IMG/VR virus record: IMGVR_UViG_3300033475_000071
Span: 1 to 41,163 of that record
DNA from: a virus
Taxonomy: Duplodnaviria; Caudoviricetes
DNA length: 41,163 bases
Strand: one strand, 5' to 3'
This document shows, one piece after another, positions 32,197 to 41,163 of the stretch (the stretch's first letter is position 1; every line of letters begins with the position of its first letter). The position numbers and the translations under genes are program-made. The notes beneath the pieces were generated by a model. It had not been told where the DNA came from, did no database searches, and saw only the letters and a list, made by a program, of their open reading frames with translations.

Positions 32197-34061
32197 GCAA
32201 TGTGCCGATCATCAAGGTCCAGGTCGACGATTCGCAGTTCAAGGAGTTTTTCGAGCTCTACAAGGATTACCAATCCACGCTCGAGGAGATGCCCGAAGAA
32301 TGGAAGAAGATCGGCGGAACGATCTACGATGCTGGCGGCAAGATGGAGGACTTCTCCGGTGCTGCGGAGTCGTCCAAGGATTTCCTTGTGATTGCCGCGA
32401 CGCAGGCCGAAGTCATCTCGCGCGAAATTCGCAAGGCGAGCGTTGCCAATTCGGTCTTGCTCGAAAGTCTGTCGAAGAACACGAAAGCGCAGAAGAGCTT
32501 CGCCGACGAATCGGAGCGCGGCTCGCTGGCCTTGTCTTCGATGAAGAAGCACGCCGAGGGCCTCTCCTCGTCTATTTTCGGCATGGGCAAATGGTTGCTC
32601 AAGCTGGGAACCATCGGCGGCGGCTTGGCTGGATTAGGCGGTATTCTTGGCAGTATCGGGCTCAGGGATCTCGCATCGTCTGCCGTCGATACACAGCGCG
32701 GCGCCCGAAGCCTGGGAATGACGCCGGGACAATTGACGGCGTTCGATCAGGATTTCGGCCAACGCTATTTGGATTCGAGCGTGCTCGGTTCGATCGCTGG
32801 CGCTCAAAGCAGCTTCACGGGGCGCGTATGGCTTGCTCGAGCGGCAGGCCAAGGCATCAATCAAGTTGCCGGCGAGGATCCTGGCGCCCTAGCCGGTCGC
32901 CTGGCTATTCGTGCTCATGATTGGTGGACGAATACGCCCGCCTCGATGCGCACTGCGGAGATGCTGCAGTCAACCGGCTTCACGCAAGCGGGCTTCTCGT
33001 TGCCGATGATGAGGCAACTGGGCAATACGGACCCATCCGAGCTTCGGCGTGCCGCGTCTCAATACGGGATGGATCAGGGTCGATTCAACGTCAGCGATCG
33101 TAATACGGACTCGTGGTATGGATTCCTTCGCCAGATCAAGGATGCCGGTAACGTCATCGAGACTGACCTGAAGAACAAGCTTGTATCGCTATCGGGTCCG
33201 CTTCAGCATTTTGTCGATGTCATCGGCAAGGATGCGATGCACCTCATCGACGACATTTTCACGCCGGCCAATCTCAACGCCCTTGAAGATGGCATCAACG
33301 GATTCACGAAGTACTTGGGCTCGAGTCAATTTCAGCAGGACATGAAGGACTTCGCTGGGCTCGTTTCGGCGATCGCTGGCGCCATGCGCAAAGCGGCTCG
33401 GTTCTTGGGAATCGATACAAGCTCGGCCGCGCCCGCGGCAAATGCACCTTCGTTTCCGCCAAGCCTCGATCCAAACGAAGTGCAACGCGAAACGCACGGA
33501 TTCGTCAGTTCGTCGAAGAACGCAGCAAGGTACGCCGGCATGTCGCCCACTTTGGCGGATCGACTAGCGGCCAAAATTCAGGGGAAGAATCCTGATTATT
33601 TTTGGCAGATGGAGAAGATGCGCGGCTTGCCAGCTGGGTTGCTTTTTGCGCAGGAAATGGCCGAGTCACGCGGAAACATCGCAGCGAAATCCCCCAAAGG
33701 AGCAATGGGGCCGTTTGGATTTATGCCCGACACGGCCGCTGAGTATGGACTGGAAGACCCTTACAATTTGCATGATTCCGCATCGTCGGCGTCGCGCAAG
33801 ATGGGCGGCCTGATGCGCTATTACAAGGGCGATGTCAGCAAGGCCATTGCCGCCTACAATTGGGGTGAGGGCCATCTTGACAAGGACATCGCTGCGAATG
33901 GTTCGGCGTGGCAATCGCATCTCCCGGCAGAAACCTCGGCCTATCTAAAGAGGGTTCTCTCGGTGATGGCTCAGCAAAAGGCCAAAGGTATCAACGTGAC
34001 CGTCCAAAACAGCACGTCGGCTCGGGTTGCGGTGCAAGCTAATGCAGCGGCGGCGCAATGA
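32193..34061 (+). CDS. Tape measure protein with C-terminal lytic transglycosylase (SLT) domain
   Basis: Helical Ala/Gly-rich body; AES.G...SPKGAMGPFGFMPDTA...AIAAYNWGEG. Confidence 0.88.
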   Translation: MSNVPIIKVQVDDSQFKEFFELYKDYQSTLEEMPEEWKKIGGTIYDAGGKMEDFSGAAESSKDFLVIAATQAEVISREIRKASVANSVLLESLSKNTKAQKSFADESERGSLALSSMKKHAEGLSSSIFGMGKWLLKLGTIGGGLAGLGGILGSIGLRDLASSAVDTQRGARSLGMTPGQLTAFDQDFGQRYLDSSVLGSIAGAQSSFTGRVWLARAAGQGINQVAGEDPGALAGRLAIRAHDWWTNTPASMRTAEMLQSTGFTQAGFSLPMMRQLGNTDPSELRRAASQYGMDQGRFNVSDRNTDSWYGFLRQIKDAGNVIETDLKNKLVSLSGPLQHFVDVIGKDAMHLIDDIFTPANLNALEDGINGFTKYLGSSQFQQDMKDFAGLVSAIAGAMRKAARFLGIDTSSAAPAANAPSFPPSLDPNEVQRETHGFVSSSKNAARYAGMSPTLADRLAAKIQGKNPDYFWQMEKMRGLPAGLLFAQEMAESRGNIAAKSPKGAMGPFGFMPDTAAEYGLEDPYNLHDSASSASRKMGGLMRYYKGDVSKAIAAYNWGEGHLDKDIAANGSAWQSHLPAETSAYLKRVLSVMAQQKAKGINVTVQNSTSARVAVQANAAAAQ

Positions 34062-34795
34062 GTCTTTCGACAATCACTCAGGCGGCGTTCGCGGGTGCAT
34101 ACGATCTCGCGTTCCAGATAAGCCCCATTATCCTGAACGGCGGGATCGTTGCCAATACGCCGGGCGGCATGATGCCGATCATTGGGCTGACCGGGCAATT
34201 GGCATCGCTCGCGCAAGGATTGCTGTCCGGCAATGTTGAGCCGTTCGCTCGGTATGTCCCGGCACCGGGTGGTACGCTCGTCAACAACTCAGTGGCTACT
34301 TTTCCATTTGCCAATCAGTTTGTTGCCGGCAACGCAGTCATCAAACAGCCGAAGAACATCTCGCTTCTCATGTATGCGCCCGTGCAAGATACCGGCGGGT
34401 ATCTGACGAAGCTCGCGATCTTTGAGGCACTGCGCAGCTCGATCGATGCCCATATCGCCGCAGGCGGGACGTTTCATGTGGCGACGCCGGCACGGATATA
34501 TCTGAATTGCTTATTGCTGTCGATCACCGACATCACCAGCGGGGAGTTGGGCAAGCAGCAGATGGTGCAATTTGAGTGGTCGTTTTTCCAGCCTCTCATT
34601 TCCCTTTCCGATGCCCAAAACGCACAAAACTCGCTCATGTCGAAGTTGACGGGCGGCCAGCAGATCACGCCATCGGGCCTCGCGGGAACGTCGCTTTGGT
34701 CTAGCGTGGCTACGGCAGTTGGTTCGGCGGCGCAGGGTGCGGTCCAGGGCGTCAACGGCATCACGGGCGTCGTCAACAACTTTTTGGCGCAATAG
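34058..34795 (+). CDS. Baseplate/tail-tube initiator-like protein
   Basis: Directly after tape measure, ATGA overlap. Confidence 0.6.
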   Translation: MSLSTITQAAFAGAYDLAFQISPIILNGGIVANTPGGMMPIIGLTGQLASLAQGLLSGNVEPFARYVPAPGGTLVNNSVATFPFANQFVAGNAVIKQPKNISLLMYAPVQDTGGYLTKLAIFEALRSSIDAHIAAGGTFHVATPARIYLNCLLLSITDITSGELGKQQMVQFEWSFFQPLISLSDAQNAQNSLMSKLTGGQQITPSGLAGTSLWSSVATAVGSAAQGAVQGVNGITGVVNNFLAQ

Positions 34796-35074
34796 ATGGC
34801 AACGCTCGTCCCGCTCACGCTGAATGCCTCGACTTCCCCGCCCTTCTCTTACGTCTTCACACTAGATGGCGCGTCGTACACGGGATCGGTGACGTGGAAT
34901 ATCGCGGCGCAGAGATGGTATTTCACGCTTCAAGACCAGTTCGCCAATCTGGTATGGAATGGCCCGCTGATCGGCTCGCCGTTGAGCTATGACATTCCGC
35001 TCGCGCCCGGGATTTTCTCGAAGTCTACGATTCTCTGGCGCGAGGACACTGGAAACTTTGAGATCTCGCCGTGA
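34796..35074 (+). CDS. Small baseplate protein
   Basis: TLDG..Y...WNIAAQRWY pattern typical of small myophage baseplate proteins. Confidence 0.7.
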   Translation: MATLVPLTLNASTSPPFSYVFTLDGASYTGSVTWNIAAQRWYFTLQDQFANLVWNGPLIGSPLSYDIPLAPGIFSKSTILWREDTGNFEISP

Positions 35075-36111
35075 CCCGATACTACTCGATCGAACTGACG
35101 CCATCGTCGAGTGCGGCGGCGTTTTTCGGGATAAGCGGATCGTTGAGCGGAGTCGGGTCCAACGCAGCACAAACGGCAACGTCGCCCATCCGCACATGGA
35201 CATCGCATCCAAACGGGAAATTCGATCCGAATGCGCTAGACATCGAGTTTGATTGCCAGGTGCAGAGCTTCGCTACATCGCCTCAGCTTTTCACGGTGAC
35301 GATCCACGGCGTTTCGCTGACTGACATCTCGCAAGCTCAGCAATTCACGGGCATGCAGTTCAGCATGAAGGGCGGGATGTTGGCCGGTCTGCCGTTGGCG
35401 AATCCGCGGCAATCAGGGCTGCTTGTGGCTGGTACGGTCTTTCAGTCCTACGGGAACTGGGAAGGCGAGGATATGAGGCTCGATCTCGTTATCTCCCCTT
35501 CTTACTACACCATCGACAAGCCGGGAAACATCGTCCTGAATTGGGAAGCTGGGCAACCGCTCTCTCAAGCGCTGCAACAGACGCTTTCAATTGCCTATCC
35601 GAACGTGCCGTTCACGGCGAACGTGGCAGGGCAATTGGTGCAGGATTTCGACGAGATCCATTTTTGTTCGACGCTGCAAGAGCTTTGTCAGTGTGTTAAT
35701 GGCATCACGCAAGGATATTTCGTCGGGCCCGACTACAGCGGCGTCAATCTGACCTATCACAACGGCCAGTTTTTCGTTTGGGACAACACGTACGCCCCGA
35801 CGCCGATTCAAATCTCGTTCAACGATTTCGTCGGCCAGCCGACATGGATCGACGTCAACACGATGATCTGCAAGATGGTGCTCCGGGCTGATCTTCAGCT
35901 TGGATCGATCATCCGCATGCCGCAGGGGTTGCAGAATAAACCCGGCGTTGTGACGACGACTCAGCAATCGTTTCCGTCGAGCAACAACTATCAAACCGTC
36001 TTTCAGGGAGATTTCACGATCTCCGAGTTGAGACACATCGGCTCGTATCGGTCCAGCAGTGGATCATCCTGGGTGACAATCTTGAAGTGCCTTGCTAATA
36101 GCACATCATGA
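35071..36111 (+). CDS. Baseplate hub protein
   Basis: 346 aa preceding spike; GQPTW, GDF.I..LRHIG..R...W.T. Confidence 0.7.
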   Translation: MTRYYSIELTPSSSAAAFFGISGSLSGVGSNAAQTATSPIRTWTSHPNGKFDPNALDIEFDCQVQSFATSPQLFTVTIHGVSLTDISQAQQFTGMQFSMKGGMLAGLPLANPRQSGLLVAGTVFQSYGNWEGEDMRLDLVISPSYYTIDKPGNIVLNWEAGQPLSQALQQTLSIAYPNVPFTANVAGQLVQDFDEIHFCSTLQELCQCVNGITQGYFVGPDYSGVNLTYHNGQFFVWDNTYAPTPIQISFNDFVGQPTWIDVNTMICKMVLRADLQLGSIIRMPQGLQNKPGVVTTTQQSFPSSNNYQTVFQGDFTISELRHIGSYRSSSGSSWVTILKCLANSTS

Positions 36112-36791
36112 GTGACGATTTCGCCAAACTATGGTTGCAGGGAAACCTGAACCAGATGGCCGTCACTCGAGCGCAGCAGGCCATCAAGAGCCTCGGGCGC
36201 GCGCTCCCGTGCCGAGTCACGGCTGTGACCGGAAAAATCGTCACGGTCGAATTCCAGATGGACACATCACCGTGGACGCTTCCGCCGATCACGATTGCGA
36301 AGGCCGAGAGCCCATGGCTTACGCATCCTACGCAAGTAGGCGATGAAGGCATGACCGTGCCGGCCGACGTTTATCTCGGCGGGATCACGGGGCTTGGAGG
36401 TGGCAACGCAGACGTTCGGCAGCGAGGCAATCTCACGACGCTCGTTTTCCTGCCTGTCGGCAACAAGTCATTTTCGCCGATCGATTCGGATGCAGCCCAA
36501 CTTCAGGGCCCGAATGGAACGATTCTTCGGACGACGACGGGAACGACATCCTCGGTGGTGACAAACAGCAGCGGAACGACGATCACGTTTGGCACGACGA
36601 CTTTGATTGTCAACGCCGTGGGGATTACTTTGACAGTCGATGGACAGACATTCACCTGGGGCGGAACGACTGCGGTTTCGACGCTACCGATTCAGGCGCC
36701 GGACGTCATCCTGCCGAATGGTGCGGTGAATGGACATTATCACCCGGGCGTGCAAACTGGCACCGGAAACACCGGCACGATGACCGGTTAG
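36108..36791 (+). CDS. Baseplate central spike protein
   Basis: OB-like N-terminus (LPCRVTAV...P.QVGDEG), Thr-rich beta-helix, C-terminal HxH (GHYHPGV). Confidence 0.8.
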   Translation: MSDDFAKLWLQGNLNQMAVTRAQQAIKSLGRALPCRVTAVTGKIVTVEFQMDTSPWTLPPITIAKAESPWLTHPTQVGDEGMTVPADVYLGGITGLGGGNADVRQRGNLTTLVFLPVGNKSFSPIDSDAAQLQGPNGTILRTTTGTTSSVVTNSSGTTITFGTTTLIVNAVGITLTVDGQTFTWGGTTAVSTLPIQAPDVILPNGAVNGHYHPGVQTGTGNTGTMTG

Positions 36792-36973
36792 CCGTGATTC
36801 CACCATGCGCCGATCTTGCCGACGAAGTACACCGCAATGCCTGCAATCAGGGCTGCGGCGGAAAGTGCGCCGTGGTGCGTAAAAAACAGGAATGGCGAAG
36901 CGAGCATCGAGAGCTGACCTAGGGCGATCATCGCCTTGTAGGGTTTGCCGGTCTTTTGGATGGTAACGGTCAT
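36788..36973 (-). CDS. Small 2-TM membrane protein (moron gene 2)
   Basis: IQKTGKPYK then two hydrophobic helices, ending WWNHG; AAGGA RBS. Confidence 0.7.
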   Translation of the reverse strand: MTVTIQKTGKPYKAMIALGQLSMLASPFLFFTHHGALSAAALIAGIAVYFVGKIGAWWNHG

Positions 36974-36975
36974 TG

Positions 36976-37614
36976 CTATTCCTTCAGCGACTGAAAATCA
37001 TCAGGATTGAACCTAGGGCAAGCATCGCAAAGTTTGGCGACGCCCTCGGCTTGGATTTGATCGCGTACTGATGCCGGGTGATCCGGCTGGGCCTCGAACC
37101 ACTGCAGCATGTGCGCACACGGGAACAGGAAGTTTCCCTCATCAGACGCCGCTGTGATATGCCGGAACATGGGATGGATGTGCTCGAGATTCAACCGAGC
37201 GTGAACCGGGAAATACGGCGTGTCGATCGTTCGATGACAGTGCGCGCGCCAGTCGTCCGATTGACAGGATTCCGCGAAGCAGCGTAGGACGGATTCAAGC
37301 CCGTAAGCCTGTCCTGACTCGCCGATGATCATCCGGCCGCTTGCGTAGAAGTGGGTTCCCTTCCAGCCTCGGACATAGTGAATCAGGTCCATCGCCAAAA
37401 CGGCGCCCTCAAGCGTTTGTGGGAACCCGGCCAAATAAAGCCTCAATGATTCGAGATCGCGCTCAGCGAATAGCTGGGCTCGCTTTGCCACGCCCATTGC
37501 TAGATCAAACGCGCCCGATCGGCTTCTCACGAACAACACGAGCACGAGGTAATCGTGCGACAGCGCGCATAGGCTCTCATGCGTGAAAAACTCGGCGGGA
37601 TCGGCCTCAGACAT
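36976..37614 (-). CDS. Hypothetical Cys/His-rich protein (moron gene 1)
   Basis: ORF track 36976..37623; ATG at 37614; antisense to the late operon; CF..S...HC, FPC, CDACP motifs. Confidence 0.7.
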   Translation of the reverse strand: MSEADPAEFFTHESLCALSHDYLVLVLFVRSRSGAFDLAMGVAKRAQLFAERDLESLRLYLAGFPQTLEGAVLAMDLIHYVRGWKGTHFYASGRMIIGESGQAYGLESVLRCFAESCQSDDWRAHCHRTIDTPYFPVHARLNLEHIHPMFRHITAASDEGNFLFPCAHMLQWFEAQPDHPASVRDQIQAEGVAKLCDACPRFNPDDFQSLKE

Positions 37615-37625
37615 AGGATTCAAGC

Positions 37626-37973
37626 ATGCGAGTTTGGGGAAGAACGTACAACGTTGACGGCACCTATCAATGGGTAGCTGTTACGACGGATGCGAACGGC
37701 TACAACGACAACTGTTATCTGACCGCCCTCTGTCAAGCGATCAAGCTCAATTTGGGGGAGTCGCCCTTCTGGGCCAACACAGGGATTCCGCAACAGCAAA
37801 CGATCATCACCCAGGTTTTTCCGGACTTCTACCTGGCTCAAATTCAGCAGCAATACGCACAGTACTTCGCCTCTCTGGCGATTGTCCGTGCGCCAGGCTC
37901 CTTTCCCCCGCAATACAACATCACCGCTGTATGCCATAGCGGGGCTGTACTCAACACGACCGTCGCGACATGA
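37626..37973 (+). CDS. Baseplate wedge subunit (gpW/gp46-like)
   Basis: L.QAIKLNLGESPFWANTGIP pattern; precedes J-like gene. Confidence 0.72.
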   Translation: MRVWGRTYNVDGTYQWVAVTTDANGYNDNCYLTALCQAIKLNLGESPFWANTGIPQQQTIITQVFPDFYLAQIQQQYAQYFASLAIVRAPGSFPPQYNITAVCHSGAVLNTTVAT

Positions 37974-39409
37974 CCATCACGCCCACGAATATCCCGCTGG
38001 TGATGACGAGCGCCGGCCCGTTGGCTACGCCGCCGTCCACGCTGAATACCGCATTGATCGATGGGGTTGCGGCAGAGGTTCCCGATTATACGGCGAATCT
38101 TCCGGGCCTTTTGATTGAAGACGTTTCCTCGACGGCGACGGCTGCACTCGCGACAATCGACCAAGCGCGCGTCGACGCAATTAGCAGCGTTACGCCCTAT
38201 GGGGCAAATGCCTACATCCTCGCACAGCAAGGGGTACAGGCCGGAATCCCGCAAGGCAAAAATGCCAATGGAAGTGCCTATGTCGTCTTTTCGGGGCCGG
38301 CGGGATATGTGTTCGCCCCCGGGTTTCTGGTTGGCGACGGAACGAATCAGTATGCGCTCCAAGATGGAACTGTAATTCAGTCGAACGGCGTTTCGCCTCA
38401 AACGTTCGCCGTTGCGACGTCAAATGGCATATTCCCGATCGGCTCCGGAACCATCACGCAAATCGTTACGACGGTTCCCGCTCCGTATGCCAGCCAGATC
38501 ACAGTGACGAATCCGCTCGCCGGGACACCAGCTACAAGCGCGGAAACCGTGCAGGATTACCGCGGCCGGGTGATGCAGGCGGGGATCGTGACATCAGTTG
38601 GGACGCCCGCATACCTGAAAACGCTGCTCGAGAAAATTACGGGCGTGCAGGCTCGACTGGTTTCGATTCAGCAGGCCTCTGGCGGCTGGCGCATCGTTTG
38701 CGGGGGCGGCGATTCGTATTCTGTAGCGAACGCAATTCTCCAAGGCGCGGGCGACATCGCGACGTTGCAGGGTACGCAACTTGGCATTACCGGAATGACG
38801 GCCGCTAACCCGGTTGTCATCACGACCAATCTGGCGACGGGTTTCACGGTCGGGCAAACATTCACAGTGGCCGGAGCGACGCCGAGCGCCTACAACCTGA
38901 CTTACACCGTTGCATCGATCGTAACCTCGGTATCAGGCGACACGATCACGACGAGCACGAATGGTAGCGCCTTCGGCACTTATGCGAGCGGAGCGAAACT
39001 CACGCCTAATCCTCGGGACATCACCGTATCGCTGTTCCAAAACCCGAACACGTACACCATTCCATTCGTCAATCCGTTGCAGCAAGCCGTAACGCTAGCG
39101 GTGACATGGAACACAACACTCTCTAACTTCACGGCTGGGAATTCAGTCAATCAGCTTTCGACGCCAGCGCTTCAGTCATACCTGAATTCCCTGTATGTCG
39201 GGCAGCCGATCAACGAGCTTGAGATGACGGCAGTGTTTCAAACTTCGGTTGCTTCGGTGATTGATGCGCAGAACATCACCACTCTCCAGTTCGCTGTAAA
39301 GATCAACGGCAATTCTGCCAGCCCATCGGCGGGGACGAGTGTGATAGTCGGTGATCCGGAAGGATATTTCTATGCGAGCGCATCGTCTGTGACCGTGACT
39401 CAGGGATGA
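37970..39409 (+). CDS. Baseplate J-like protein
   Basis: VTNP.AG...ETVQDYRGRV...GT...L..ITGV..R pattern. Confidence 0.82.
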   Translation: MTITPTNIPLVMTSAGPLATPPSTLNTALIDGVAAEVPDYTANLPGLLIEDVSSTATAALATIDQARVDAISSVTPYGANAYILAQQGVQAGIPQGKNANGSAYVVFSGPAGYVFAPGFLVGDGTNQYALQDGTVIQSNGVSPQTFAVATSNGIFPIGSGTITQIVTTVPAPYASQITVTNPLAGTPATSAETVQDYRGRVMQAGIVTSVGTPAYLKTLLEKITGVQARLVSIQQASGGWRIVCGGGDSYSVANAILQGAGDIATLQGTQLGITGMTAANPVVITTNLATGFTVGQTFTVAGATPSAYNLTYTVASIVTSVSGDTITTSTNGSAFGTYASGAKLTPNPRDITVSLFQNPNTYTIPFVNPLQQAVTLAVTWNTTLSNFTAGNSVNQLSTPALQSYLNSLYVGQPINELEMTAVFQTSVASVIDAQNITTLQFAVKINGNSASPSAGTSVIVGDPEGYFYASASSVTVTQG

Positions 39410-39413
39410 TCCC

Positions 39414-40313
39414 ATGCAACTTGAATCATTCTCGACGCTTCCTCTCGAGCAAGTCATACCGGCCTACCTCTACCAGCAATACGCCGATGATCCAAGCCTT
39501 CAGGCGTTCATCGACAGTTACAACAGCTTAGCGCAAGGCTATTTGCAATGGTTCATCGATACCCCGCTATCGGTCTACACGTCCCCTTATATTTCGGGAC
39601 CGCTTCTTGATTGGATCGGGAATGGGGTATATGACATAGCGCGCCCCGTCTTGGCGTCGACATCGACAACCAGGCGAGCCGGGTACAACGCCAATGCGTA
39701 TAACACCATTGCTTACAACGGGCAGTATTTCACTTCAACTCAAACATCGTCGATCGCTACTGACGACATTTACAAGCGGGTGATGACGTGGCATTTGTAC
39801 CGCGGAGACGGCCAGCAATTCTGCATGCAGTGGTTAAAGAACAGAATCAATCGTTTTGTCAACGGTGCGAATGGGAATGATTGGCCTGTTCTGAATGACC
39901 CGCCATCGATTACGGTTTCGGGAACAACTTTCACGGTCACGGCCTATGACAGCGTGCCGCTCGAAGCGCTGAAGGCTTGTTATGAAAATGCACTTCTCCA
40001 GTTCCCGTTTCAATACACGCTGAGTTTCATCGTTGACAGCTTCGTCAATGACGGGGGCGTGCTCTATTTGCCCTACGCGCTCACCTATCCGACTAGTTCG
40101 GTTGGTCTAGCGGCCGGATCGGTTTGGTGGAATGGCGGCGTGATCTCAGTGGTTCCCGGGGTCACTCCCAACCCATCGGCACCAGCAGTGTACTTCCAGT
40201 ACACATTTCCCGCCCAACTTCTTTCGCTCGGCGGCGGGAATCTACCTCTCTCAAATCCTGGCCCCGGTACGGGTCAACTCTGGAACAACGGCGGCGTCAT
40301 TTCAATCGCCTAG
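39414..40313 (+). CDS. Baseplate wedge/tail-fibre attachment protein (gpI-like)
   Basis: GPLLDWIG..VY...RP; DDIYKRV..W patterns; follows J. Confidence 0.72.
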   Translation: MQLESFSTLPLEQVIPAYLYQQYADDPSLQAFIDSYNSLAQGYLQWFIDTPLSVYTSPYISGPLLDWIGNGVYDIARPVLASTSTTRRAGYNANAYNTIAYNGQYFTSTQTSSIATDDIYKRVMTWHLYRGDGQQFCMQWLKNRINRFVNGANGNDWPVLNDPPSITVSGTTFTVTAYDSVPLEALKACYENALLQFPFQYTLSFIVDSFVNDGGVLYLPYALTYPTSSVGLAAGSVWWNGGVISVVPGVTPNPSAPAVYFQYTFPAQLLSLGGGNLPLSNPGPGTGQLWNNGGVISIA

Positions 40314-40319
40314 GGCTAT

Positions 40320-41163
40320 ATGACCATTTTCATGTTCGCCAACAACGTCAGCACGACGTTGGCCGGGCCGATTTCGTCGTCCGCAACATCACTCACGCTT
40401 TCGAGTGTGGCGCATTTGCCGGCATCGATCCCCGCTGGACAGGTGCTCGTTATCACGCTAAATGACGTGGCTACCGAGCAAAACTTCGAGGTGATCTATG
40501 CGACGGCTATTTCGGGAGCAACGCTGAGCGGTCTTTTACGCGGGCAGGAAGGCACTGCGGCGCTCTCATGGTCGACGGGTGATTTCGCGTATAGCGCACC
40601 AACTGCGGGACAACAAGCGAACTTCGGTCAACTCACCACAGCTAATACTTGGAGTGGCGCAAACACTTTCTCTGAACCGGTAGTCGTTGCAAATGCGATC
40701 GCAAGTAATGAGGCGGTGGCGCTTGGTCAGATTACGGGCGGCGTTTTCATAAAAGAAACGTCTTTCCAATCGAGTGGGACATGGACGCCCGATTCTCGCA
40801 CCACAAAAATTCGGGTTCGAATAGTTGGCGGCGGTGGTGGCGGCGGTGGTCAAGGGGGCGCAGGCGCAGGACAGGTGTCGCTTGGCGGCGGCGGGGGTGC
40901 GGGCGCGTATGCCGAGAGCATCTTCACTTCCGGGTTTAGCGGAGGCATCGTAATAACGATTGGAGCGGGCGGCACTGGGGGCGCCTCTGGTGGCGGCGTG
41001 GGCGGAAACGGCGGCACAACAATTTTCGGCGCGCTTATGTCAGCCGCGGGCGGCGGCGGCGGTAGTGGCGAGGCATCTCCAGTATCAACGTTCCCGGCAA
41101 TTTTCGGAGGGGCGACGGGTGCAACCACGTCAACAGGAGGCAATCTTGTTGCTGCGGCTGGCG
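40320..41163 (+). CDS. Tail fibre protein, glycine-rich (partial, runs off window)
   Basis: Manual translation MTIFMFANNVSTTLAGPISSSATSLTL...FEVIY...RGQEGT; later SGTWTP...VGGGGGGG. Confidence 0.8.
   Translation, partial: MTIFMFANNVSTTLAGPISSSATSLTLSSVAHLPASIPAGQVLVITLNDVATEQNFEVIYATAISGATLSGLLRGQEGTAALSWSTGDFAYSAPTAGQQANFGQLTTANTWSGANTFSEPVVVANAIASNEAVALGQITGGVFIKETSFQSSGTWTPDSRTTKIRVRIVGGGGGGGGQGGAGAGQVSLGGGGGAGAYAESIFTSGFSGGIVITIGAGGTGGASGGGVGGNGGTTIFGALMSAAGGGGGSGEASPVSTFPAIFGGATGATTSTGGNLVAAAG

Noticed and set aside
40820-41070. GGC-rich repeats
   Set aside because: Simply encode the glycine-rich tail-fibre domain
1-41163. Integrase/att sites, lysis cassette, DGR or retron reverse transcriptase
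   Set aside because: None recognisable in this window; they may lie outside it

Overview
The whole window is an internal segment of a GC-rich temperate (lambdoid-organised) phage or prophage with a contractile tail, probably from a betaproteobacterial, Burkholderiaceae-like host (inference from gene content). Left to right: (1) the start of the leftward early operon, with small genes, a free-standing GIY-YIG endonuclease and a ~470-nt hairpin-rich leader containing boxA; (2) an immunity region with PL, three OL and three OR operators, a LexA/CI-type repressor, a Cro-like and a CII-like gene; (3) an O-like initiator with internal iterons and a DnaB helicase; (4) a nin-like accessory region with a cupin-like protein, dNMP kinase, DUF1367, NinG, a decayed HNH, a C5 DNA methyltransferase containing a nested +1-frame ORF, and a DRB0094-type RNA ligase; (5) a Q-like antiterminator with a pR'/tR'-like pair, followed by a ~700-nt non-coding hairpin array; (6) head genes, including a Nudix-fused protease/scaffold; (7) tail genes, including a chaperone with a -1 slippery site and a tape measure with a lytic transglycosylase domain; (8) baseplate genes interrupted by a two-gene antisense moron, and the start of a tail fibre. 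No integrase, att site, lysis cassette, tRNA or CRISPR array is visible. The most unusual signals are at the RNA level: two sequence-divergent but structurally covarying three-way-junction elements after the major capsid and tail tube genes, and two long structured non-coding regions. A pair of paralogous unannotated micro-proteins sits in the two divergent early operons. All family assignments come from recognising motifs by eye; no searches were run.
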